A stretch of 64,000 bases of DNA from Callorhinchus milii (Eukaryota), in NCBI RefSeq assembly GCF_018977255.1, contig NW_024704742.1:65412001-65476000 (forward strand). Reading direction: 5' to 3'. How positions within the stretch are numbered: the first letter of the stretch is position 1; each line of letters begins with the position of its first letter. Shown piece after piece: positions 27,318-41,086 of this stretch. The notes beneath the pieces were generated by a model. That model made no database searches. It saw only the letters and a program-made list of their open reading frames with translations, and was not told the origin of the DNA. Position numbers and translations under genes: made by a program.

Positions 27318-27497
27318 CCAGGGCACTGATGATGACAGCACAGTCAGCCTGGCTCATCGGTAGGACCTGGAAGGGCAGACCAGTCACTGGGGGCAGGGAG
27401 TCATCCCACTCAGCTCCTGTTAATCACACAGGCCAAAGCCCTAATGGGTAGGGTGGTCCTAGCTGGACAAGCAGCGGGAAAGTTTGTAGACAGAGCC
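27318..27497 (+). repeat. Unclassified interspersed repeat, second copy at 63842-64000
   Basis: CCAGGGCACTG.TGATGACAGCACAGTCAG ... GGGTAGG.TGGTCCTAGCTGGACAAGCAG.GGGAAAG shared. Confidence 0.8.
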
Positions 27498-27575
27498 TTT
27501 TGGATACCACACTGAAAAAAAATGATCTCATTCAATGAATAGAGAGTATCCTTTGTAGGAAAAGGCAGAGCTTAC

Positions 27576-27801
27576 CATAAGACGAGTGTGGTTCACATTC
27601 CATGTTAAAGTGGCAAATGTTTTATCTTGAAGATCGACGACAGAATCCTCAATCACAAAGACCGAGCGTGCCAGGTTAGATGGGAAGATCATCTCTGCCC
27701 AGCGAGGCAGGCGGTTAGTCTTTGTGAAAAGACGTCTAGATATCAGTTTACCATCAGATGTCACTTCACGGTAAACAACATCTTCGGTTAATACGTGTTT
27801 A
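27576..27801 (-). CDS. PRELID1: PRELID1-like coding exon 2 (PRELI/MSF1 domain)
   Basis: TTTTCAG acceptor, ATG|GTAAG donor, 226 bp; KHVLTEDVVYREVTSDGKLISRRLFTKTNRLPRWAEMIFPSNLARSVFVIEDSVVDLQDKTFATLTWNVNHTRLM. Confidence 0.95.
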
Positions 27802-28744
27802 CTGAAAACGAGAAGAGCGAATTTAAGAGCCAAGCTCACTTCCCGAAAAAGAACATTTCCAATTACACAGAACATATTTAAATATTGCTCTATCAGTGGC
27901 TGAAAAAAGCAGATTGAGAATAAAAATGGGTTTAGTATGATTCTACAAAAGGAAACCTTTATCCTCACAAAATTAAAACAAATTCAGAGTAAAATGAAGA
28001 AAAGACGATAACAGCTTCCAAGACAAGTTCAAACAGAAGTTAGTGAAACAGGCAGAGGAGTAACAAACAATATACAACTCCAGCAGCGTCAGCTATTCCA
28101 TCAAACATGCCTTCTCAAACAGTGCCTGCCATGAGCCACCACAATAATAATCCTTGCAATTGATGTAGCGCCTTATCACATCGTTAAGACGTCTCAAAGA
28201 ACTTCATAGAATATACTGTAAAATGGATTGACTGTGTATTTTGTGGGCAGTGTCCCACAAATAGTCATGGATCGAGTGACCAATTTTTAATTTTGGGGAA
28301 GGGGAGGGATAATTGCCCCAGAAAGTGAGCTTCCAGCAGAATGGACACCACCAGTTTCTGTCTTCTGCAGACCTCTCAGCTACTGTTCCTTAAATAATTC
28401 AAAAAAATATTAAAAGTAACTAATGATAAAATCCCCAGAAATTATATGGAAAAATAGTATGTAATCACTAAAGTACAGATTAAACCACATTTGCTAAAGT
28501 ACGGTGTTACACAGCATTATTCCCTTCCAATTAGAGCAACGTGGAGTTCACATATCATTTTTAGTCCAAAAATGGACACAGTTCAAATAGGTGGTAAAAG
28601 GGAACAAAGCCCTTATACATGGTTTAAAGTACCATCACGAGATTTCAGTGTCTATTGAAGTCAAATCATTACTGGCACAGCCCAGTTAGTTCTCCTTGAT
28701 TTACCCATCTTGAAAGCACGGAAAGGGTCTTGTTACGTTTTGCA

Positions 28745-29180
28745 CCCTCGCCCGACTCCACTGGCTCCCCATCCCCCAGGGGATCGAGTTCAAGATCCTC
28801 GTCCTCACCTTTAAGGCCATCCATGGCCTTGCCCCCTCCTATCACTCTGACCTGCTGACTCCCTACCAACCTGCCCGCTCCCTCCGTTCAGTGGGCTCTG
28901 GCCTGCTCCATGTCTCCCGCCCGACCCATCCTACCATCGGTGGCCGGGCTTTTAGCCTCTCTGCCCCCACACTCTGGAACTCCACCCCACGGACCCTTCG
29001 CCTCGCTTCCTCTCTTGCCTCCTTCAAGGTCGGTCTCAAGACCCTTCTCTTTGACCGTGGCTTTGGTCGCCCTCCCACCTCTCTGCCTTCCCTCACCCCT
29101 ACAATACCCCTCCCCCATGCTCGGGCCCCGACACCTGACTGTTCAGCACTTTGGGATGTCCTCCCGACGTGAAAGTGCGG
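28745..29180 (+). mobile_element. L2 LINE 3' fragment
   Basis: LHWLPIPQGIEFKILVLTFKA..TIGGRAFSLSAPTLWNS; tail CACTTTGGGATGTCCTCCCGACGTGAAAG. Confidence 0.88.
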
Positions 29181-29333
29181 TCAAACGCTCAACTATGTCC
29201 AAATAAGTGGTAAACTCACCAAAACAGTTGAAGAAAAACAGCAGAATTTCAAAATGTAAATACTTCACTGTGGGTGCAAATATTTTTTTAAATAAGACAA
29301 TGGTCACGCAATGCTGCCAAAGCACAGACTCAC

Positions 29334-29425
29334 CTGAAAGGGTTTGGATATCTTTGCCAAAATGCAATCACTACCTGGTCCCATGAGCTCTTGAGAGTGG
29401 ACAGATCAAAGAAATACTTTACCAT
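29334..29425 (-). CDS. PRELID1: PRELID1-like coding exon 1 (exon incl. UTR 29334-29479)
   Basis: ATG at 29425; MVKYFFDLSTLKSSWDQVVIAFWQRYPNPF-AG|GTGAGT; 92 bp; matches PRELID1 MVKYF..SSWDQV..AFWQRYPNPY. Confidence 0.93.
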
Positions 29426-32400
29426 AGCTCCCACCTCAGCCTTTCAGGCTATTGATTCAGGAATGAATTACAATATCACCTAGAAAATGAATGAACAAAA
29501 TAAGCATACAATCAAATAATACATAAGGTTGTCTGTTCACTGTGAAGAGGTCCACAGTCCATATTCACTGATATACGCAATACATTTAACACTCCCTAGA
29601 GAAAAATAAAACATTTCTGCCCTTGTCTAGTTAATCTTATACCATATTCAGACAAGGATCACTTCTTGTTGTTGGGAGNAAAAAAGCCTCTAATAATCTC
29701 TACAATAGACAAAAGGTGTTTTCAGTGACTTCTGTTTTTATGTCAGATTTCCAGTATCTGCAACACTTTGCCTTCTTTTTATATAATCTGTTGTGTCGCT
29801 GGGTAACTCCCTACCCTGGTGGCACACCAGCAATTAGGAACTTGCACCAATCAATCTGTGCACCACTCGATATATGACTTCTATTCTATAATGAAGTTAC
29901 ATGCAGTCAGCCTTGCGAATTACCCAAGATGTGCGTTTATTAGACCCGATGGACAAATGTGCTGTACAGCATTTTGGGGAACTTTCTTTTGCTATGAGTG
30001 CAGATTTAGAGATATCAGGTGCCCACACACTCAGGACAAGATCACAAGATTGGGTTGGACGAAGAAGACCCTTCTGCCCATTTGATCTAATCGAAAGCAG
30101 GGTTAAAGAGGAGGGTCTTGAGACGGGCTTTGAAGGAGATAAGGGAAGGGGTGAGGCAGGGGGCTCTGGCATGGAGTTTCAGAGGATGGTGCCAGAAAGG
30201 TTGAAGGCCTGACCGCCGATCATGGAGCAGGTGGGGTGGGGAGCTGAGGGCAGGTTGGTAACATTAATTAATGTGCAAGTCACTAAATTGCATTCATTAA
30301 ATCAAACTGTAGCAACATTGTGGTGCTCATATGTGGGGAAAAAAAAGTTACACAATATTGAGCCGCTATTGATATACTTTTCTGCTGCAGTTGAACAGCC
30401 ATGAGCAAAAAGAGCCTCCATTTCTGGCAGTATACTTCGACGCAGCATCTGGAGGGCTGGTAACGGTGCCCACTCCACATCATTCAAATCAGACCAGGAA
30501 AAAAAAAGCTCTATTCTGGCATTCTGTGCATGGACAAACAGATGCCAGTGGTTTATATAATAAACTATTAAAGAGCCGGCCGGCCACACCATCAATTTTT
30601 AAATGTTGCTCTATTCAAAGTTCAGAGTTGAGTGTTTTTTGGGGGTAGAGATTAAGGGAGAGAAGAGCCCAGTATTCTTACCCCCCTCCTCTGGTATTAA
30701 CACTATAATATTTGTGAGCCATCTCCTCCACAGTTGGTCAGCAATGGGGCCTCAGTGAGGCTCAGATTACACAAGACATTTGGTGTCGATCTTCAGTGTG
30801 GAAGTACAGTATTAATGTAGCATTAGTTCATCCCCTCAAATCATGCCTACTTACACTACCAACATCAGTACTTCACCCGAGCTAAAAAGCTCTCTCCAGA
30901 CACATTTGCAAAGGTCAACATTTATAACTGCACTGCTGGATTTTTCAAAGTTCAAAGAAGAATATGAAAAGAGTATGGGGGGGGGGGGGGGAGAAGAGGG
31001 GAGGGAGTGAGCAGGAGAGTGGGATTAGACTAGATGGCTCATGTGGAGAAAAGAACACCAGTGCAGATTTAATGGGTCTGTTTCTGTATTGTAACATTAG
31101 TAAATTCAATTGGTTTTATTACAAATGATAAATTAAGTCTCTTGTTTAATGAGTGAATTGAGAGCTGGTAGAAACAAAAACAGCATTTGTAAAATGCTAT
31201 CATTCATGCAAGATTTCCTGACATACAGGTTTTTACTCTGACCTTTCTAATTCAGGCCACGAGTTAGAAGTGGACAAGTTAGAAGTGGACAAATTCAAAG
31301 CAGCTAGCTAGGTATGCGTTGGGCAAAGCAAAGCTATTCATTTCACCCAGTTTTAGGCTAAATTCTTGACAAAGATTCAAAGCAGCAACTCCCTCTGAAA
31401 ACTGGAGTCATGGAAAAGGAAGGCTTCAAAGAGGTTACAGTTGCTGAACAGGAATTCCGGACTTGCTCCACAACAGCATCAGCAATAAAAAGCTTTTTGA
31501 AGGGAGTTGGCAGGCAAGTCACAGTAACTCTGCACAGAGAATGCAGACCCAGCTGTACCATGCAAACAACAAAAGAGAAAAGGGCAGATTCCTGATTCGG
31601 GGCTTGGCAACAAGACAGGAATGAGATGAAAATAGTGTAAGTGGGTGTAATACAATGGACAAGCTATACTGAATAAATGGGCTTTTCACAGGTGCATGCC
31701 ATGGACTGGCACACTGTACCTTCCCGCATAAATAGCTCAAGCCCAGATTTTCTCTGCTGGTTATGAAGATCCTATATTATTATTATTATTATTATTTAAT
31801 GAGTTTGGGGCTGAGACCACTGCATAAAATGGTCTGTCCACAAATGGGAACTTTCTCGGGACAGTTAGGGTAGGAATTGGGAAAATGTAGTGCAAACCAG
31901 TTATGAAATTCAAGTTAATCAACATATTGCAGCAGACTATATAGAGCTAATTGCCATTTCCAACCTCAACTATACTGGATGCTCCCAAAACTTGATGCGA
32001 AATGTGCAAAATGCTTCCTTTTTTTTAAACCAATATCTTTTCCCTCAATAAGGGCAAATATTCTACCAAAATATGATTACAACCCCACAAATTTTAAAAC
32101 CAATACATCAACAGATTTTGCCTCCAAATTATCTCTCTCATCTGTGTACTGGAGCACTTTTATTATTTTACTCAGCTGGACCTGCTTGGGCTAACAACCA
32201 TTTCCCTTTCTTAGCCACAAAAGGGACTAGCATATTGTTTGGTGTTAAAGCTCAGGAAATGATTCTGCATAGTAACTCACAGATTGACGTCATCTCAAAA
32301 TATAAATAGAAAATATTTCATTAACAGCAGCCTATCAAGTCATTTCTGGGAAAACTTCACCAAATGAAATAACACTCGCCTTGAAGGTTTTTTGTGAAGC

Positions 32401-34612
32401 TGGTTCATACCCTGTGGTTATTTGACACAAATCTTGTGTGACAGACACATTTATTAAACTAGTTTGGTTTAATAAACCAAATTGATTTTAAATGTAATCT
32501 AGATTTTCATTAAATCCATTGTGATCTAAATAACACATATTATATTTCTATGAATGTGTTCTTTCTTCCTTTTGATTCTCTTTCCCTCATCTACATTTTG
32601 TTTTTGAGGAGCAAAATGGCCTATTTTCTGCACTCAATGTCATCATCCAGCACTCCCAGAACTTAAAGCTGACAGGAACACACACTGATCGCACCGTATG
32701 ACATCCCATTTCCAACAACACCACTAACCCCATTTCCAACAACACCACTAAACAACTTGGCACTTGTAAAGTGCCTTAAACATAAAATATCTCAAAAGAT
32801 TTTATGACAGAATTGATATGAAATGGGAGTGAATTTTTAAAATATATACAGGCAACGTCAAAGACGGGTTTTAAAGAGTTTTAAAGTCAGGGGTGGAAGG
32901 CACAGGGTGAAGGGGCAGGTTGAGCTTATGAAGGGTGAACAAGAGAGTCCAAAGAGGAGTGCTGGAGAAATCTAGTATTCAGGAAAGCATGGGTGCAAGT
33001 TCTCGCTGAGGAGAGGGTGAGGTAGGGACATGAAGAGGCATAAGAACATAAGAATTTGCTAGGCAGAAGAACACCAAGGTCCATCCAGTTCGCCTTCCAC
33101 CATCCTGGCAATCACATGACACGTGTCCTAAACTATACACTGTATCCTGAGATATTATTTCCTAACAGGAATCTATCTAATTTGCTCTGGAGAGAAATCA
33201 CCACTTTCTGCGTCCACAGTCTGCCTGGGTAGCCTGTTCTATACTCACTTACTGAAGTAGTGTTTCCGCAGATTTGTTCTGAATTTACCCTCCTTCAATT
33301 GCAGGCTGTGTCCTCTGGTTCTACTTTCATTACAAGATAAAACAGCTTATCATGATCTACGTTATCTATTCCCTTTAGAATCTTAAAGACTGTAATCATA
33401 TGGCCCCTCAACCTGATCATATCACCACTCAACCTTTCATCTCCAGAACCTTCCAAGCAAAGTTCTGAAGACGGAGGACTACTCGCAACAGAGTGGAGAG
33501 TTTGTGAACCTGTTTCACATAAGACCATTAAAGGCAGCAGACAAAATAGCCTTTCATGTAATCTGTTTACGGTGGATTTTCACTGAGGTCCCACACTTGA
33601 CAGATTAGTGTATTAACCGACCATTACCATGTATTCTTTATTATTTATTATTTTAACCTTTCATCCCTTAATGGATAGGATGCTCTTTAGACCCTTCTTT
33701 TATGTAACATAGGTAACAAGCACCACCATTTCAACTTGTACTAAAAGATAATTTTCCCATCTGTATGTGGTACATATAATTTATTAGATTGCTATAAAAT
33801 CTACAGTTTTATACACAATTTTGTGACAAGCAAGTCTGGTGATGTACCTTACAATTGTGCTTTTGCTGGTTGATATAACAGTAGTAGTACAACCAATACA
33901 TCAGATTTTACTTATTGTACTTGCTTTTGATATTATGTAGCTTAAGAATTTTGAACTAACCCATTGTATAGTAATTTGTTTAGTAGATATAACTCCTTGA
34001 AAATATAGCTAAATATAAACTACACATTATTTACAAAAATGAAAGCACTGTAAGGAGCAAGTTACAGCACAATGTTCATTTACTGAATGCATTGGTTAAC
34101 TAGCAAATTAGCCAACAACCTTGCATAGTTAACATGCTCTTTCTAATTATTAAATGCAATTTAATGCATGTGGGAGTGAACTCAAAAGAATAAGGAAATT
34201 CACCACAGACTGGAAGTGATCCTGAAAAAAATTCTTAGTAAATATAATTTCCCCCCACCCCCCAAACAAATTGTTCAATAGTCACATAGATAGTGGAGTC
34301 CTGGAGTATATTAGAGAAAAGTGATCTGCCAATCGACTAACAACTGGGTTCCTATTTACTGGCAAGTAAACAGAGGCACTTGGAGTAAGGAAACTTACCT
34401 AAGGCTTTTGGCCTACTCAGGAATGGAACCCGGTTCCTCTTGTTTGCGAGGCTAACCAATACGGGGAACAGGCCTCTACAAGATTTGAGATGATTATCAG
34501 TTCATCAATTGGTGCTGATTTCAATCTCAGACCCATTGGAAAGGTGGCAGGACAGTATTCTGATCCTCTGATTCACCCAATTGAAATTGCTCCCTTCCCA
34601 GGAGGGTTGCCT

Positions 34613-34894
34613 AATAATAATAATCCTTGCATTTGATATAGCGCTTTTCACGTCGGGAGGACGTCCCAAAGCGCTTCACAGGGTGAACGCGGCAGCCAAT
34701 TGCGCACAGCAATGTCCCACAAACAGTCGTAGATTGAAAATGACCAATTTATTATTGTTTTTTTGTTTTGGAGGGATTATTATTAGGCGTGTGGAGTAAG
34801 GAAACTTGTCCAAGGTTTCGCCCTCTGCCTGGAATTGAACTCAGGTCTCTCACTTGCAAAACGAGTGCTCTAACCACTGAGCTACAGGACTCCA
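34613..34894 (-). mobile_element. Same SINE, internally deleted copy
   Basis: Near-identical to the 25957-26279 copy but lacks the CACAAATATACAGTCAATTCACTTTAC segment. Confidence 0.9.
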
Positions 34895-37207
34895 CTAAGC
34901 AAAGATACATTTGTTTTCAAAATAAAACAAAAACAGAGAATAAAATAAAACACTTGTAATGCAAAAATCTGGAGAACTACTACTTACTATTGGCTACATA
35001 ATATTAAAGAAAGAAAAAAAAATTCAATGGGGGAGTGGAGTGTCCTTTCACCAGGGCTGTTGCCTTGGAGCTGAGCCAATGCAGGGAGCTGTGTCTGCAA
35101 ATTGCAGCTCCTTTGCCGACAGAACCAGTTTCCCCATTGGCATGTGATAGTATATGCCCCAAGAAAACATGTACTGTACCTCTAAAGAGGCAAGGACTAC
35201 AATTTGAATGCTTATTTGAAGAAATATATGTTAAAACCATTACCCAATGGTCCCCCCTACAACAAAGCTACCTGGACTGTCCAAGCACTCTGAGACACAC
35301 TTTTTAAATCACAAGCTCCAGAGTAATATTTCTTGTCTTTACTCAAGTATCCTTACTCTTTTCCGAATGTAAAAGAGCATGCTCGACATCCGAGGCTGAA
35401 ATTTTACCTAGCCTGCAAGACCATTTTATCTTTACATTTAAAAATCGCATAGAATTGTGGAAAAATTCTTAATTCAGTCTTAATTTAAATACTGTGTTTT
35501 CACAGATCATAAAAATAAAGAGCTTCAAATACAAGACTGAATTTGAGAATTTGCCCTAGATGAGATAAAATTGTGGACCTCAGGTATTAAGATTCTGCTA
35601 ATGCTGCTCTGCAGATGGAAAATGAAGCTGGTTTGGGCTGTTATGCACGGAATTTCCTTCCATTAGCAAAGAAGTGTTGGCTATTTGTGCCTGAACTCAC
35701 TATGTGAGCATTGATCCACATCCTAACTTTAATGTTATTCCATTTATTTTCAGCAATTTGTCCTAGTTACTCTTTCAAAACTTTTTATAGTTCCCTATTC
35801 TATAATTGGTGCTAGTATTTTGTTCCACATCTCTATCATCCTTATATTAAAAAAAATTAAACAACAAACTGCATTCATACAGCACTTTTCACGTCGGGAG
35901 CATGTCCCAAGGATTCAGGAGGGAAGTGAAGGCGCAGTCAAAGAGGAAGGTCTTGAGACCTTCAATTTCAAATTCAATTTCTTGTGCACAAATTGGCTGC
36001 CTCGTTGGCCCACAAAACGTATAGTCACTGCACAGTACATCCTGTGAAGCCCTTTTGGACGTCCCCCGATATGAAAGGAGCTGCATCAAAGGTGAGGATT
36101 GCACGATCTCTTGTGCTCAAGAGTAACCAATTTAATTGAACTTTCATAGTTACATGGAAACAGAATGTATAATTGCTATAAAAATGCTTTATTCTGATTT
36201 AATTAACTTTAAGATCAAAGTATAAAAGGTGTTTTTATAATATTATTTACTGCCAGAATAGCAGAATACAAAAACAACAAAAAAATACACCAGTATGTCA
36301 CAGTATACTGTATTTATACAGGATTTAGGCTATGATGCCTACAGTACAAAGAGCAATTTGGTGTCCTGACAGATGAGGACAGCCTTTGTGTGGCCCCAGC
36401 TTTGCAGATGAACAGCTGCTGTTGACAGCTTTTGTGTCCTTGCATATGCGGTTACTGTGATGCTGTTAAGCCATGAAGTGCTATACAGTACACAACAACT
36501 TCATGGATTATTCAGTACCTGTACAGAAACAAAACTACCTACAATTATGTTTTTAAAGTCAGCCAGGTGTCTTGACACAGGTGGAAAACCACTGTCATGT
36601 TTAAGAGCCTCCAAATCAAATACTCAGGATTCCCCATTTGTCTGGTATGGACAGACACTCTCCCCAGAGGGAACCGCCCTGATTACCAAATCCCAAAGAG
36701 TTTAGGTGCAGGTTGTTGTTGGGAATTACTGCAGTTTAATCAGCGAAAATCATGCAGCTTGTGTGCAGATGATTGACTCAATTCTAATATGCTATTGCCA
36801 AGAATGTCACCGTGGAACAAACTCAGTTCCCCTCTCTCATAACTCACCTGGTGCTTTAAGAGTATAAATGCAACATTAGAATTGTATTCACAATGTTGGA
36901 CATCATGCCACAAAATAGACAGGTACAAAAAACAATTGCAATGTGGTTGTTTTAAATATAAAGGGCATGAACTTTAAAGATGATCAGATTTACTGAAGCT
37001 TTACAAGCTGGAAAGACTTAAGCTTTGTAGGCTAGAAAAAAAAGTAGCTTAAGATATAGACCATTAATGGTAATAAAGAAGAACAAAAACTCGGGTTTAT
37101 ACAGTATTTCAAAGTAAGACTAGAAAATACAAATGTATATTAAACACATTTAGAATCAGGAAAATACTTCTTTACTCAGAGGGATAACGATTTTGAGCAA
37201 GTTATAG

Positions 37208-38970
37208 TCAACAATAACAACTTGCATTTATATAGTGCCCCTTACACAGGGTAGCATCCCAGAGCCCTTAGCAGGGACGGAGCACGACTCCGAGCTGGGG
37301 GAAATGACCCTAGGCACAGTCAAAAAAGCAAGATCTTCAGGCACGATCTGAAGATGGGGAAGTAAGGGGCAAGGCGGAAGGATAGAGGAAGAGTGTTCCA
37401 GAGTTTCGGGACGTAGTGCCCGAAAGCCCAGCCATCGATGATGAAACGGAGGGCATGAGGGATGTGCAGGAGGCCGGAGCCAGTCGAGTGGAGGCAGTGG
37501 GTTATGGAGTAAGCAGGTTGGAGAGGTAGGGAAGTGCCAGGGCATAAAGGGATTTGAAAATGAGTGGGAGGATCTTGAAATCGATCTGTTCGGCAATAGG
37601 GAGCCAGTGTAGTATGGCTAGAAATAGTGTGACAGGAGTATGGAGTTTAGTAATAATAATAATAATAATAATCCTTGCATTTGATATAGCGCTTTTCACG
37701 TCAGGAGGACGTCCCAAAGCGCTTCACAGAACACACTGTAAAGTGAATTGACTGTATATTTGTGGGCAAACGCGGCAGCCAATAGCGCACAGCAATGTCC
37801 CACAAACAGTCGTGGATTGAAAATGACCAATTTATTATTGTTTTTTTTGGAGGGATTATTATTAGGCTCTGTGTGGAGTAAGGAAACTTGCCCAAGGTTT
37901 CGCCCTCTGCCTGGAATTGAACTCAGGTCTCTCGCTTGCAAAGCGAGTGCTCTAACCACTGAGCTACAGGACTCCACGTCCTATGGGCGAGTATGGGCGA
38001 GTATGCGGGCGGTGGAGTTTTGGGATCAGTTGGATCTTGTGGATGGTGGAGCTGGGGAAACTGGAGAGGAGGGCATTTGAAAAGTCGAGTCGGGAGGTAA
38101 CAAACGCATGGACGAGTGTTCGGCTGTGTCTGGGATAAGGTACTGTCGGAGGCGGGCACTATGGTGGAGATGGAGGAAAGGGGTCCTGGTCAGGGACTGG
38201 ATGTGGGGAAGGAAGGACAGCTGTTGGTTGAACCCGATGTCTAAGTTACGCATTGGTTTGGTGAGTCTGAGAGCTAAGCTGGGGAGGTTGAAGAAGTCAT
38301 ATTCGCAGAATAGAAGATGTTGACGGGAGCCAAGGAGTATTGCTTACATCTTGTCGACATTTAGTTGCAAGAAATTTGCCCTCATCCAGGCCTTAATCTT
38401 TGCCAGACAAGACGAGAGAACATTGGCGGACCTGGATTTGCAGTTGGAAGAGAAGTAAATTTGTGCGTCACCTGCACTCATGTGGAAGTTTACCCCGTAC
38501 CTACGGATGACATCGCTGAGAGGGAGCATATAGATGAGGAAGAGGGGGCCAAGGATGGAGCCTTGTGTACATCTCAGGTGATTGGGTGGGGGCGGGAGGA
38601 GAAACTGTTTGAAGATACAAAGTGAAGGCGGTTTGTTAGACAGGCTAGTGCAGTGCCACTAAGGTGGATGAGGGAGGAGAGGCGGTGGAGGCGGATGGTG
38701 TCTTCAACTGTGTTGAACGCGGCAGAGAGATCCAGGAGGTTGAGGAGGCAGAGGGAACCCTGGTCACAGAGAGAGATGTCGTTTGTGACCTTGACTGTGA
38801 GCTATGGGCAGAGCAGAAACCAGACTGGAGGGACTCAAGGAGGGAGTTAAGGGAGAGGTGTGAGCAAACCTGCTTAGCAACAACGCATTCCAGAGGTTTG
38901 GCAAGGAAGGGCGGGTTGGAAATGGGACGGTAATTTGTAAGGTTGGAGGGGTTCAGGATGGGTTTTTTGA
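37208..38970 (-). mobile_element. L2-clade LINE fragment interrupted by a young SINE
   Basis: [51 protein letters not shown]2 3' tail at ~37210. Confidence 0.9.
37651..37977 (-). mobile_element. Same SINE, full length, inserted into L2
   Basis: Near-identical to other copies; long (ATT)n tail. Confidence 0.93.
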
Positions 38971-39474
38971 GTGACGACAGTGGTCAAATAGAGCTCAAAA
39001 CATTGGAGCTATTCAAAATCTAATTAGATTACTGGTTGGGAAAGTTGATGTATTGGAAGGTACCTTAAAGCAGATGGGGGTTCCCAGACCTTTCATAAAT
39101 TCATATAAAAAAGACTTACAAAATAAATTTCCACGCAGATTTGGAACTCTGAGTAGTTTGGTTTGGAAAACAAAGGTTTTCTTGTGTATCAACTCAACCA
39201 ACTGACCAAAACAATAATAATACTTGCATTTGATATAGCATTTCAGAGGAATATGTGAAGGTCATGCTGTCTGCTATTCACTGTATTCACCTGCTTGATC
39301 TGTTCTATGTGCTTGTATTTAGTGAGTCACCTCACTTTCTTCTTCAGCAATTCCCTCAATTTAAGTCTAATTATCACAATGCTGCATAATATTGTAACGT
39401 ATTAATCCTTATATTTTATATAGCACTTAGAATGTCAAAGGCTTAAAAGTGCTTTACAGGAAATTGCTATCAAC

Positions 39475-39975
39475 GACAACAACTTGCATTTATATAGCGC
39501 CCAGTGTTACAGAACACTTCACAGTGGTGGAGTCTGACAACGAGTCAGGAGGTGACCATAGTCATAGTCAAATAGGAAGGTCTTCAGGTGCGACCTGAAG
39601 TTGGGGAAGGAAGGGGCTGGCGGAGGGCAAGGTGAAGAGTGTTCCAGAGTTTCGGGGCACAGTGGCTGAAGGTGCGGCAATCAATGGTGGACATGAGGGA
39701 CATGCAGAAGGCCAGAGCCAGTAGAGCAGAGTCAGCGGGTTGTGGGTTAAGCAGGTTGAAGGCGTAGGGAGGTGCCAGGAATGAAGGGATTTGAAAAACA
39801 GGTGTGAGGATCTTGAAATCACTCCATTCAGTGATAGGGAGCCAGTGGAGCCTGGCTAGAACCGGTGTGATGGGGGTTTAGTACGGGTGAGTATTCGGGA
39901 GGCAGGGTTTTGGATCAGCTGGATCCTGTGCATGGTGTGGAGCTGGGAGATCGGCAAAGAGGACATTTGAGAAGT
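39475..39975 (-). mobile_element. L2 LINE 3' fragment
   Basis: Homologous to 37208-37640; L2 tail ACAACAACTTGCATTTATATAGCGCC. Confidence 0.8.
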
Positions 39976-40499
39976 GGTGACGAGCAGATGGGGCCTCGGT
40001 TTAATGTCTCATCTGAAGGCAGCACGTCTGACAGTGCAAAACTCCCCCCAGCACTCCCCTGGAGTGTCAGCCGACTTCGATACTGTTGAGTTCAAAGTCC
40101 AAAAGTAGGGTTTGAACGCACAACTTTCCGACTTGACTCAGAGGAGAGAGTTCTAACCAACTGAGGCCAGGGCGATATAGTATACAGAGTTAATAATGTC
40201 CACAATCATCCTTGCATTTGACATAGCGCCTTATCACGTTGTCTAAAAGTCTCAGTGAAAGTACTTCACGGGATATACTGTAAAGAGGAGGGATGGTGTA
40301 TTTTGTGGACGAAACGCAGCAACCAGTTTGCGCGCAGCAATGTCCCACAAGCAGCCCAAGGATGGAGTGATTAACCAATTTTATTTGGGTGGGGGGGGAA
40401 GGGGGGTTGAGAATAGATAAATAGTTGGCCAGGACACCTGGAGAAGGGCACTGAGAAGGTGAACGAGGAGAAAGTACAGTCCTCTGCGGAACGAACGAT

Positions 40500-41048
40500 C
40501 TGTTCCTCTCCTCCTTTTAAAGAGCAGCTCCTTTGTGGAGTCTTGTAGCGTACTGGTTGCAGGCGCTCACCTCCCGGGTCCGATTCCAGGGCACGGGCGA
40601 AACCTCGGGCAGGTTTCCTTACCCCACGCGCCCGTTGACCCAGCGGCTCGGTGCGAACCTGCCGCGCCAGTTGACCGGCGGATGGCTTTTCCGGGGGCAA
40701 TTAATGGCTCGGGGACGCCGCTCGGCGTGGAGGGCGCTATACAAGTGCAAGTCGCCGTTAAAAGGTGCCGTCGCCGAACCCAGGACGGTTTGTGGGGGAC
40801 ACCGCCGGTGCGCGAGGGGCGCACCCACACAGAAAAAAAACCCCCACTGTCCGCTGTCGTCCGCGAAGCGCTTGGAGACGTCTTGGAAGACATGATAAGG
40901 CGCTCTATCACAGGGGCAGTGCTGCTGCTGTCTGGAGGTCAGGGCGCCACACGGTTGACCTACAGACGAGTGACACCGCCTCCCAACTGAACTCAGAGAG
41001 GGAGAGAGAAAAAAAATTTAAAACTCACCAAAGCCATAGCCGCTCGGC

Positions 41049-41086
<38 letters not shown>

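Noticed and set aside
27802..27968. N-terminal extension of the 146-aa ORF 27528-27968
   Set aside because: Intronic read-through; PRELI homology starts at the acceptor at 27801
29679..29679. Single N base
   Set aside because: Assembly ambiguity in an intron; does not affect gene models unless it hides a larger gap
32704..32751. 23-bp tandem duplication (also a 15-bp one at ~31263)
   Set aside because: Ordinary local slippage duplications
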